Of a stretch of 64,000 bases of DNA, positions 54,956 to 64,000 are shown piece by piece (position 1 is the first letter of the stretch; each line of letters opens with the position of its first letter). Position numbers and translations under genes: made by a program. The notes beneath the pieces were generated by a model. That model was given only the letters and a program-made list of their open reading frames with translations, searched no databases and was not told where the DNA came from. This DNA is from Trypanosoma brucei (lineage: Eukaryota): assembly GCA_000002445.1 (NCBI GenBank), contig CP000071.1:992001-1056000 (forward strand), written 5' to 3'.

Positions 54956-56728
54956 ATGAACTTCTCTGGTGGAAACAAGGAAGGACTGGACAAGCAGTCT
55001 TATACAAGTGTTCCCCCGGGGACACGAGAGGAGGAAATTCAGAATTCAGGGAACCTTGCCGTTAAGCAGCCCACTGTTCCAACTCTTAGTTCTGCCACCG
55101 CTTCTCCAGCGAACACAGCAGCGGGTGAGTTAAATGACCCTCGCCCTCACAACACCGTCGCCTCTTCTGGTGCTGCCGGTTCTGTGGGACATCTGCAGGT
55201 GGAGCGAAAACAAGAGTGCGATGATCAGCAACCAATGAAATCGCCTACGCCCTTAGAGGAGACCCTGAATACTGTGACACAATATTTGGTTCAGAGGGAC
55301 GATCTTCCAACCATTCCATTGTTGCAACAGCAGGCACTGCTTTTAGGAGAGGTACCTGACTTAAAGGAAGTGCCAGAACCTTCACAAACGGTATTTACGC
55401 CTCCGAAGGAATACGGGGACGAAACGGGCCCGTGGGGATCCTTTTTGAGTCTAAAGAAGGCCACTGGAGAGACAGTTTTTGGAATGATGTCTTTTTACGA
55501 TCAAGTTATGAAGCTGCAGGTTACACATGAGAAGGAGGCCGCATCCTACCGAGAAGCTGCTGAACATACGGTTAGCCAACAGCGTCAGACCATTGAGGCA
55601 CTCACTTCCGAGTGCAGGATTTTACGTTCGAGAAATGACCGTATGAGGACCATCATTGATAAAACAAATCAACAACTCAAACAGTGGGAAAGCGAAAACA
55701 GCGAGCTAAATAAAAAGCTAAGAGAAGTTGAACAGCGTTGCGCTCACGTTGAAGACCGCGCGGTAGTCGCGGAATGTGGTCGGAAGATGCTTGAACTGCG
55801 CCTCCGGGAAGTAGAAATGTCGTTAAACTACAGCACAGATGCAGTCAACAAGCTTAGAAAGAGCTTGAATGAGGCGAACCGGGACAGGGATCACGCCCTA
55901 CAAGAACAGTATAATGTTTATGAGGCAAACAGAAGGGATATGATCGAGTTCTATGATAGACGCGAGAGGGAACTGGTTCACGAATTTAACGAAACGGTGA
56001 CTAAACTTCAAGATATAATGTACAACGCCATGAAGGCTCATGAAGATAAGTTGAGGGAGTGTTGGAATGATATGCAGCGTCTTCAGCAAGAGAAACATGA
56101 AGAGTCTATCAAAGAGCTCAACATACTGAGGGAAAAAGAAGAACGAGACTATAACGCAAGAATTTCACGGGTGGAGCAAGACAATCAAAGGCGATACGAA
56201 CAGTATCGTAGCGAGATGGCACTTCTTGAGCAGCGTCAGAGGGAACGGGAAGAACACTTGTTGATGGATATATCGCAAAGGGAAAGGGAGCTTAGTGAAA
56301 GGGAGCAGCGGCTTCGCGTACAGCGGACACAGGATGAACAAGACACGAAGATAGCTTTAATGGCTAAAGAGACGGAAGTGAAGACATACTATGAGAGACT
56401 AATGGAAAACATGCGGTCGGCGTTCGACAAGGAACGTGAGAAGATGTGCACCTTCTTCCGGGAGCAGGTGCAGGAAATATCTCAGCTCCATCTGGAAAAT
56501 GAACGGCAACTGGAACGGACGCACCGGGACAAAGAGAGAGAAATGGCACAGCGATATCGTATCGCGGGGTATGAGGCTGAGGATCGCAGAGGGAACGTGG
56601 AGCTTCGCGATGTTTCCATGGCGACCCAGTCTGCGCTCCTATCAAAATTTGACGCTATCGAGGCACGGCAGCGCGAACGTGCAGAAAAGGCCCGTGCTGT
56701 ATTTCAAAATCAACCCGAATCGAAGTAA
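54956..56728 (+). CDS. Coiled-coil protein (590 aa), hypothetical. The N-terminal ~150 aa are Ser/Thr/Pro-rich; the rest is charged heptad-rich.
   Basis: ATG ORF. Long E/R/K/Q-rich alpha-helical sequence (e.g. 'LLEQRQREREEHLLMDISQRERELSEREQRLRVQRTQDEQD'). Last gene of the + strand array. Confidence 0.6.
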   Translation: MNFSGGNKEGLDKQSYTSVPPGTREEEIQNSGNLAVKQPTVPTLSSATASPANTAAGELNDPRPHNTVASSGAAGSVGHLQVERKQECDDQQPMKSPTPLEETLNTVTQYLVQRDDLPTIPLLQQQALLLGEVPDLKEVPEPSQTVFTPPKEYGDETGPWGSFLSLKKATGETVFGMMSFYDQVMKLQVTHEKEAASYREAAEHTVSQQRQTIEALTSECRILRSRNDRMRTIIDKTNQQLKQWESENSELNKKLREVEQRCAHVEDRAVVAECGRKMLELRLREVEMSLNYSTDAVNKLRKSLNEANRDRDHALQEQYNVYEANRRDMIEFYDRRERELVHEFNETVTKLQDIMYNAMKAHEDKLRECWNDMQRLQQEKHEESIKELNILREKEERDYNARISRVEQDNQRRYEQYRSEMALLEQRQREREEHLLMDISQRERELSEREQRLRVQRTQDEQDTKIALMAKETEVKTYYERLMENMRSAFDKEREKMCTFFREQVQEISQLHLENERQLERTHRDKEREMAQRYRIAGYEAEDRRGNVELRDVSMATQSALLSKFDAIEARQRERAEKARAVFQNQPESK

Positions 56729-59655
56729 TCATCTGGTGTTGTGGTGGCGCATGTTGCGTCTAATCACTGACATGTCGGCTAAGTTGCTTGCTTTAGCGAA
56801 ATATAGGTGCACGTATGGTGTTATATTACTACATCTAGCTCCCGCAGAAGGGGAACGCTGCTACTTATGTTTCCCTGCGTGATCGTCTCTGTCTTGTGTC
56901 AGATCCCATGGCTCCCTTATCAGGGGTTTCTGCCTGACCAACTTTTTCCATCGGTCTTACGCCTATCCATTTGCCGCTGCGCTGTTAGTTGATGGAACAA
57001 CAGATTCCCCTCGCTGTACGGTACTGCCGAGAAGCGTCGTTTCCATGCCTCTGTTACCACTGGCGCCTAGCTAGATCTGGGAAATATTCTGCTGTGCCAG
57101 GTTCGTATCGATGTTTTTTATAATTTTCGACCCGAGAGAATCAGAGGAACAATTCCTCCCTTGTTGTTGTGCATTTGCGAGGGGCGGAGAACTCTCACGC
57201 CGTCTGGGTACCGTAGACGTCCGTTCCACATACGCACTCACGCATCATTCCCTACTGGAGTTGATATGGCTGTCTGCTTTGTTTTATGCAAACCCAATGA
57301 AACGGAGAGCCTTAGCGGCTGTGAGTGCGGCGACGACCACAGTCTGCTCCGTTGACGGAACGGAGTACCCATTTTGAGTTACTCATTGCTGTCGAAGAAG
57401 CCCCCAAATGTGGCTTTATTTAGTTCATGAGCTCGATGGGTGGCTCGCCTCATGTCCGCGACAGTGTTGCTGCGCCTGCCACGTCGTGCTGATGTTGTTG
57501 AAGGAGCTGTAGCGGTGGGAGGCTGATGGGGCCGCGCCATTTTAACGAGTCGTGGCGCATGCTATGAACTTTGGTATTGGACAAAAGTGACCTCACCCAC
57601 ATGTTTTATCCCGACTGCAAGTGCTCAATGTTGCAGTGGCGAGCCCCGGTGCAGGGTGGGGCACAGCTGCATACCAGAACTTGTGCTCTAACACTTTGCT
57701 ATTGGATGGGCGTGCGCGGCATGCTTCCATTTTTTAATTAGTTCCCTCTTTGCTCTCCACTGAGTTGAATCACAGTGCACTACCCACCACATTCTTGTCA
57801 CCAAGCACAACCCTAGTTGTTCCCGCTTCTTCAAAATTTTGTTCTCTAGTTCCGATGACCAATGAGCTCATGCGTCCTGTTGCCTACTTTTGGGATTCAG
57901 TGCTGCAGTGCGTTGCGCCCAAATCTGACAAAAAAACTCGGACACCTAAAAAATGTAGTGAGCATAAAACCAAATCGATATACCGCTGCACCAACGCCGA
58001 GACGTTGCCTTCCACATTTTGGTTTTGCAACAATAGTGCGGCTGGCCAAAAGGCAGAAAAAATTGCACCGCAACGACAGAAAGCTAAAAGGGTGCATTTC
58101 TCCGAGAAAATAAACGTAGTACTCATTCAGGGTATAAATAGAGGTAGCGTGTAGAGAAGCGGAGTTGCGCTTTGCCTCCTGGTGGCGAGTCGGGCCTCCG
58201 TGGAGAGGTTGTTCGAAGTTGGTGTCGATGTGGAGGAAGAAGTATGAAGCAAATTGCGGAGGACGCCTACTGTCCGTTTCCATCCACACGCACCCTTGTT
58301 AAAGGGTAAGGGATTGCAAAGTTATACAAATTCTTTAATGTATGCTGAAGGGTGCATCTTGAAACTTGAACCGCTGGTTATCCCTGAAGCCGGGTTCCAC
58401 CCTGTTCTCTATCAAATAATTGCGGCGAATGATCGGGTTCAACTGGTGCGTGCTGGAGTGTAAACGACCACGGGAGGACGAAGCTCCTTGCGAATTTGGA
58501 AAAAAGCATCCCTATGTGTGCGTGGTATGGAAGCAAGGGTGCGACAAAACGCGTTCCACGAAGTCTGGGTATAATCGAGCTGGAGAATTTCCACATAAAA
58601 ACAGTTCCATATAACTAAATTTGGACTCATGCTGGCAACTCATTTTCACGTGCATATTACATTTTGTTACGAATATTAAAGTGTGCAAGATAAATCATCT
58701 TTTTCCCCTTTATCTTCCGTCCAACCAAAGGAGCGCGCGCATACAGTAGCTCAGAGGCATGGAATGCTTCACGTTGCATTCCCCGCGTAAGGAACTCGGT
58801 GGCTGACAGCTCCGATGGCGGTGCCCATTTAATAAGGGATCATTTGAGTACTGTGGAGAATTTTGTTCTAGGTGTGAGCTGATTTCACGCAAGCGTGATG
58901 GGAAAGCGCGAACCACTGATTAAGCACTTCGGAAACAAAGCGTGAAGCTTGGGGGTGTGACACTCAGTCATTCGACGTCGATGCAACAGCCGTAGCCATT
59001 CAACAAGTTTCCCCCTATATCCGCCAATACCTACGAACGAAAAGATGGGTGGGGGACCGATCGCGTTCCTTCAACGTAAAAGCGTATATTTAATGTCATC
59101 TCAAACACCCCTACAATTTTTAGTTGAGGAGCATGTGTGCATCCAGAACCTGCGTGCGCGGGTGAATAACGCCTTTGGTTCAGTATTTTGACTTAGAGTT
59201 GGACGTTTCCGGTGGATCGTCATTACCGAAAGTCTCTCTAGTGAACCCGGCACCGCCCATGCCAATTACTCCGTCCATGGACGGCGCGCCTTTCTAGTTC
59301 GGTTGCGTTCCGTTGGTTCAAAACCTCATACCGCTCCGATAGGTCCGTATACGCGCTTAAAAACGTTTTGGCACACGCATTGCGACATCAGCTGGAGAGT
59401 GCGATCGTCAGCAAAGAATGGATCCCCGTCACCATTGGTTTCGCTTATATTCGTTCATTCCCAGCGGAAACGAGAACTGGAGATAGAAAACAACCGGCAT
59501 CCACCCTTCTGTCAACTCCACCGATGGTGGTCGAATGCTTTCCGCTTACTACGTCACCACCCTTCGAAGTTTTGGAATAAGCTTTTTCACTATGTGTGCA
59601 ACTTTAAAGCGCATCAGCATGATTCGTTCCAGTCCTTCGCCCGTGTCGCATAGCT

Positions 59656-61397
59656 CTTTCCGCTCAATCGCTGACCTTTCATCATAAACTCCTCCATTTC
59701 GTTTCGCGCCTCATCACTCTGCCCTTCCGCCGGTTGTTGGATGTGCTTGTGCTTTAACCATAATCCGATATCGCACGCGTTCCCGCGGGGCGCGCACCTC
59801 AGCGGGGTTGTTGCTACATTTCAAATTTTGCACGAGCTTCCCCACAAGTAGCCTATTCCATGACATTTTCTTCTTCACCTAGATATGCTGAGCCATTTTC
59901 TCATTTCGATCCGGTCCCTCCTGGTGTTCCCACATTGGATCGCCGGTTCGGGTCACCCCAGCTATTTCCTCCACCTCCCTCCTTAACGACAACTGCAGAG
60001 TCGAGGAGGCCGTTGCTTGTGTCTTTTTGTCTCCCGGGCTCATCCCGCTCCTTCACCAACCCCAAGTGCACTTGGTTGCCGACATTTCTGCTTACACTTG
60101 TGTTCCGGTGAGTTCATCCCCCGGGCGCACGCGGCGCTGCGCATCCCGCGGCTGAGAAAACTGAAGAACTCGGCCGTGGGCAATCCGACTCAGGTATCGT
60201 CGGAATCCCCGATGACCTGCGACCTTTCCTAGTATATCAGGCTGCCGAGCCAAGGGATGAAGAATTACCCTCTTGTCATTCATTTAGCGGCGGCGGCATA
60301 GCCGCTGGGCACTTTTCACGCTTTTTTTTTTATCCTCCATATCTTTCACGTGGCACGCCAGGTTTTCGCTATGTTCAATCTCTACTGTTGTTTTCGGTAC
60401 CCACCCCGTTACCGCGCAGTCTTCTCAATCCCCACCCCCACAACCTCATTACCGCACTTTCCCTCCTTAGCCCAGATGTCGCGGCTCTTTGGCTCCGATG
60501 TTCGTTTCAGGCCGGCGTCGCCATACAAAGGCCTTGATCCAGGCTTATCTCCCCCAACCGTCTCGTTGCCCAACGTTCCTCACCCCTTTTCTTCACGACC
60601 GACAACTATAACTCCGACCAATCGCCATAGCCCCGTGCCTTTCTGCTTTCCCTGACAATGGCCGCTGTTTCAGCGTGCCGTCAGGCGCCGATGCACCTTT
60701 AGCGGTGAACCCAAACGGGCAAATACAACTCTGTTTTTGAATTGGCTGTGGGAGGAGGGTTTCGATATCAACTTACCATCGCTCACATAACCGATCCGTA
60801 TATGGAAAGGTATTGTCCCGGAGATCCCTCCAGTAATGGGAAGCCACACCGTTAACGGCATTATCCGCACCAAACTGCTTCGTTTCGCGCAGAATTCTCT
60901 AAGTTGCGATCTGCAGCGAGGGGTGAAGCTCATCCTTTTACGCGTGGGTTTCTTTGGGTAATGTTCCAATCGCAGCGCAATGAAAACTGCGAATCCTTCT
61001 TTTTTTTTTGTGCGTGTGTGTGTGGATACGTTCGAACTTTTCCCGACCGAACCGCATTATAAGATAAAGTTAGGACGAATATGCGGACAGGGACTCATCG
61101 TGCCTTTGGTAGTGACAGGCTCATTTTTTCCCTGTGGCATGAGCGTTAAGTATATAATTGTAACCACAGGTGTGGAAAATAGGAGAACGAACTTTTTTAT
61201 TTCCTAACGTTTTTTTTTTGTGATAGCTAGGTTTTCAAAAAGCTTAGCATGCATGCTGAAGGAACCGGCGAAGTCATCGGCGAGCGGGAGTCAGATGGCC
61301 CCCCCTTCCCTCCTCCGGAAAACTAAGGACCCACCCGGGTTTGAACCGGGGACCATTCGGACTGCAGCCGAATGCTCTACCACTGAGCTATGAATCC
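59656..61397. repeat. Left arm (1742 bp) of a large inverted repeat. The tRNA-Cys gene lies at its inner end.
   Basis: The reverse complement matches 61540..63281. The inner ~1.3 kb is identical by my reading: all five inner mirrored ORF translations are identical. There are at least 3 substitutions in the outer ~400 bp. The outer boundary is sharp, at ...GAGCGGAAAG. Confidence 0.9.
61327..61397 (-). tRNA. tRNA-Cys (anticodon GCA)
   Basis: Reverse complement GGATTCA-TA-GCTC-AGTGGTA-GAGC-A-TTCGG-CTGCAGT-CCGAA-TGGTC-CCCGG-TTCAAAC-CCGGG-TGGGTCC folds as a canonical cloverleaf. The acceptor stem has 7 bp (two G-U pairs). U8 and U33 are present, the anticodon is GCA, and the T-loop is TTCAAAC. 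The discriminator is U73, the Cys identity element. Downstream T4 at 61319..61322 on the - strand. Confidence 0.9.
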
Positions 61398-61539
61398 AAG
61401 GGCCCGAACACAACAGAAAACGTCGTATTATTATTATATTTTACGGTTCAGCGAAGTTATTTTCAGATAAAAGTAAAAAAGGAACATGCTTCACGATAAA
61501 AATATTAACTGCTGAAATAATTTGATATACCCTCCACGT
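61398..61539. other. Unique 142-bp AT-rich spacer between the two divergent tRNA-Cys genes; it forms the shared upstream region
   Basis: It is not self-complementary. The 5' ends of both tRNA genes abut it. Confidence 0.85.
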
Positions 61540-61610
61540 GGATTCATAGCTCAGTGGTAGAGCATTCGGCTGCAGTCCGAATGGTCCCCGGTTCAAACCC
61601 GGGTGGGTCC
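61540..61610 (+). tRNA. tRNA-Cys (anticodon GCA), identical copy
   Basis: Same 71-nt sequence as the minus-strand copy, followed by discriminator T and a T4 tract. Confidence 0.9.
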
Positions 61611-61614
61611 TTAG

Positions 61615-61618
61615 TTTT
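61615..61618 (+). terminator. Oligo(T) RNA polymerase III termination signal downstream of tRNA-Cys. The mirrored copy is at 61319..61322 on the - strand.
   Basis: TTTT lies 5 nt after the tRNA 3' end. Pol III terminates in T-runs (established). Confidence 0.6.
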
Positions 61619-64000
61619 CCGGAGGAGGGAAGGGGGGGCCATCTGACTCCCGCTCGCCGATGACTTCGCCGGTTCCTTCAGCATGCATGCTAAGCTTTTT
61701 GAAAACCTAGCTATCACAAAAAAAAAACGTTAGGAAATAAAAAAGTTCGTTCTCCTATTTTCCACACCTGTGGTTACAATTATATACTTAACGCTCATGC
61801 CACAGGGAAAAAATGAGCCTGTCACTACCAAAGGCACGATGAGTCCCTGTCCGCATATTCGCCCTAACTTTATCTTATAATGCGGTTCGGTCGGGAAAAG
61901 TTCGAATGTATCCACACACACACGCACAAAAAAAAAAGAAGGATTCGCAGTTTTCATTGCGCTGCGATTGGAACATTACCCAAAGAAACCCACGCGTAAA
62001 AGGATGAGCTTCACCCCTCGCTGCAGATCGCAACTTAGAGAATTCTGCGCGAAACGAAGCAGTTTGGTGCGGATAATGCCGTTAACGGTGTGGCTTCCCA
62101 TTACTGGAGGGATCTCCGGGACAATACCTTTCCATATACGGATCGGTTATGTGAGCGATGGTAAGTTGATATCGAAACCCTCCTCCCACAGCCAATTCAA
62201 AAACAGAGTTGTATTTGCCCGTTTGGGTTCACCGCTAAAGGTGCATCGGCGCCTGACGGCACGCTGAAACAGCGGCCATTGTCAGGGAAAGCAGAAAGGC
62301 ACGGGGCTATGGCGATTGGTCGGAGTTATAGTTGTCGGTCGTGAAGAAAAGGGGTGAGGAACGTTGGGCAACGAGACGGTTGGGGGAGATAAGCCTGGAT
62401 CAAGGCCTTTGTATGGCGACGCCGGCCTGAAACGAACATCGGAGCCAAAGAGCCGCGACATCTGGGCTAAGGAGGGAAAGTGCGGTAATGAGGTTGTGGG
62501 GGTGGGGATTGAGAAGACTGCGCGGTAACGGGGTGGGTACCGAAAACAACAGTAGAGATTGAACATAGCGAAAACCTGGCGTGCCACGTGAAAGATATGG
62601 AGGATAAAAAAAAAAGCGTGAAAAGTGCCCAGCGGCTATGCCGCCGCCGCTAAATGAATGACAAGAGGGTAATTCTTCATCCCTTGGCTCGGCAGCCTGA
62701 TATACTAGGAAAGGTCGCAGGTCATCGGGGATTCCGACGATACCTGAGTCGGATTGCCCACGGCCGAGTTCTTCAGTTTTCTCAGCCGCGGGATGCGCAG
62801 CGCCGCGTGCGCCCGGGGGATGAACTCACCGGAACACAAGTGTAAGCAGAAATGTCGGCAACCAAGTGCACTTGGGGTTGGTGAAGGAGCGGGATGAGCC
62901 CGGGAGACAAAAAGACACAACCAACGGCCTCCTCGACTCTGCAGTTGTCGTTAAGGAGGGAGGTGGAGGAAATAGCTGGAGTGACCCGAACCGGCGATCC
63001 AATGTGGGAACACCAGGAGGGACCGGATCGAAATGAGAAAATGGCTCAGCATATCTAGGTGAAGAAGAAGATGTCATGGAATAGGCTACTTGTGGGGAAG
63101 CTCGTGCAAAATTTGAAATGTAGCAACAACCCCGCTGAGGTGCGCGCCCCGCGGGAACGCGTGCGATATCGGATTATGGTTAAAGCACAAGCACATCCAA
63201 CAACCGGCGGAAGGGCAGAGTGATGAGGCGCGAAACGAAATGGAGGAGTTTATGATGAAAGGTCAGCGATTGAGCGGAAAGCCTAACCACCGCAGACCCA
63301 AACAAGACGTCGTACCGTGGGCTTCGACAATTCTCACAGGCGCCAGGGATATGGCAGATCCTGTGGCGCCGCTAGGGAGATTTTTCACGATGACAGGAAT
63401 GTTGTTGCCCATATTTGGCCAGTGGAACGAGCAACGGGTGTGCGGTCGGGGCTGAAAAGGAAGGATAGGATGAAGACGGTAAGGTACTATTATAATCGTG
63501 TGTTCAAAACAAGTTTGTGGAGTGGGAAAGGTATTTGGCGTTGTGTTTGTGTGTGCGGAGAGATGGGATACGCTCATTCCAGTAAACTATGAGAAAGGTT
63601 TATCCTTAGGCTCACGGCCGAGCTGGGACGTGGGTGGTGCAGGCGGAATTACGCCGGGCCACCAATCCCACTACAAACTGTATGGGACAAAGGGCCTTAT
63701 TACACATCTTACGCGCGGCCACGCATCTAAGACAGCACGAGAGTGACAGGTGAAAATAAGGCCGCTGCAAAGAGGAGTGGATGCTTTTATGCACGCCACA
63801 GCAGCGGGCTGTTGAGGTTATCTGGTACTTAGACTTGTGGAATTCGGTCTCAACCCGAAAAGACTGGCAGTAAACTGAAGTTTGCCGTCCGCCAGTGAGC
63901 AGGTTACCGTTAAGAGGCTCAGGCTGGGCACACCATTGGCAGTTGTGGCCGCACCGACGGCGTCTACGCGACACAGCTCTCCTTTAAAGAGAATCATCCC

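Larger units (their letters stand above)
61540..63281. repeat. Right arm (1742 bp) of the large inverted repeat
   Basis: Reverse complement of 59656..61397. Sequence beyond 63281 is unique and does not mirror the sequence left of 59656. Confidence 0.9.

Noticed and set aside
57750-58154. Lys-rich 134-aa ORF after the last gene
   Set aside because: It starts at TTG. The ATG-initiated remainder is ~100 aa and low-complexity, and it lies in the presumed termination zone. Not reported as a gene.
58745-58800. A-box-like 'TAGCTCAGAGG' suggesting another tRNA
   Set aside because: No cloverleaf can be folded: no matching acceptor, anticodon or T stems, and no GTTCGA-type B box nearby.
59860-63077. 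Mirrored ~60-100-aa ORFs inside both palindrome arms (e.g. 60350..60655 + / 62282..62587 −), Pro/Ser/Thr-rich
   Set aside because: They are short, in mixed frames and on both strands, without motifs. They are duplicated only because the DNA is. Most likely non-coding, though a decayed gene cannot be fully excluded.
59656-63281. Possibility that the palindrome is a long-read fold-back (chimeric read) assembly artefact
   Set aside because: Not fully excluded. However, the structure is internal with unique sequence on both sides, has an asymmetric unique spacer at its centre, and shows a few arm-arm substitutions. Fold-back artefacts are usually perfect and extend to a contig end. Kept as a finding, with read-level verification requested.

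Overview
This window reads as a trypanosomatid nuclear chromosome segment, most likely Trypanosoma (brucei-like). About 24 intron-less protein-coding genes between ~0.48 kb and 56.7 kb all sit on the + strand, which is the layout of one polycistronic transcription unit (PTU). Genes are separated by AT/pyrimidine-rich intergenic tracts carrying many dinucleotide and tetranucleotide microsatellites, including an uninterrupted (GT)138. No prokaryotic features are present: no operon promoters, CRISPR arrays or rRNA genes.

Products I can support from sequence motifs:
- ELP3 (radical SAM plus GNAT acetyltransferase).
- Mitochondrial carrier protein.
- HEL308/PolQ-type Ski2 helicase.
- MOG1 (Ran-binding protein).
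- SDH2N, the split N-terminal half of the succinate dehydrogenase iron-sulfur subunit.
- DHHC palmitoyltransferase.
- A 1518-aa paladin-like protein with two CX5R phosphatase-like domains.
- A class I SAM methyltransferase.
- A B9-domain protein (MKS1-like).
- A RING-H2 E3 ligase.
- A Vti1-like Qb-SNARE.
- A BRCT-domain protein.
- MMS19.
- Thymidylate kinase with an N-terminal extension.
- Several hypothetical proteins.

The supplied ORF track uses GTG and TTG as start codons, so I re-set several starts to the first plausible ATG.

The gene array stops at 56.7 kb. It is followed by ~2.9 kb without convincing ORFs. After that comes the most unusual structure in the window, a ~3.6 kb near-perfect palindrome at 59656..63281. 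Its centre is a unique 142-bp AT-rich spacer from which two identical, divergently oriented tRNA-Cys(GCA) genes are transcribed. Each tRNA gene is followed by a T4 tract and a 1.74-kb arm.

I would not call any of this a defined novel system; the tRNA palindrome at the PTU end is the feature most worth follow-up.
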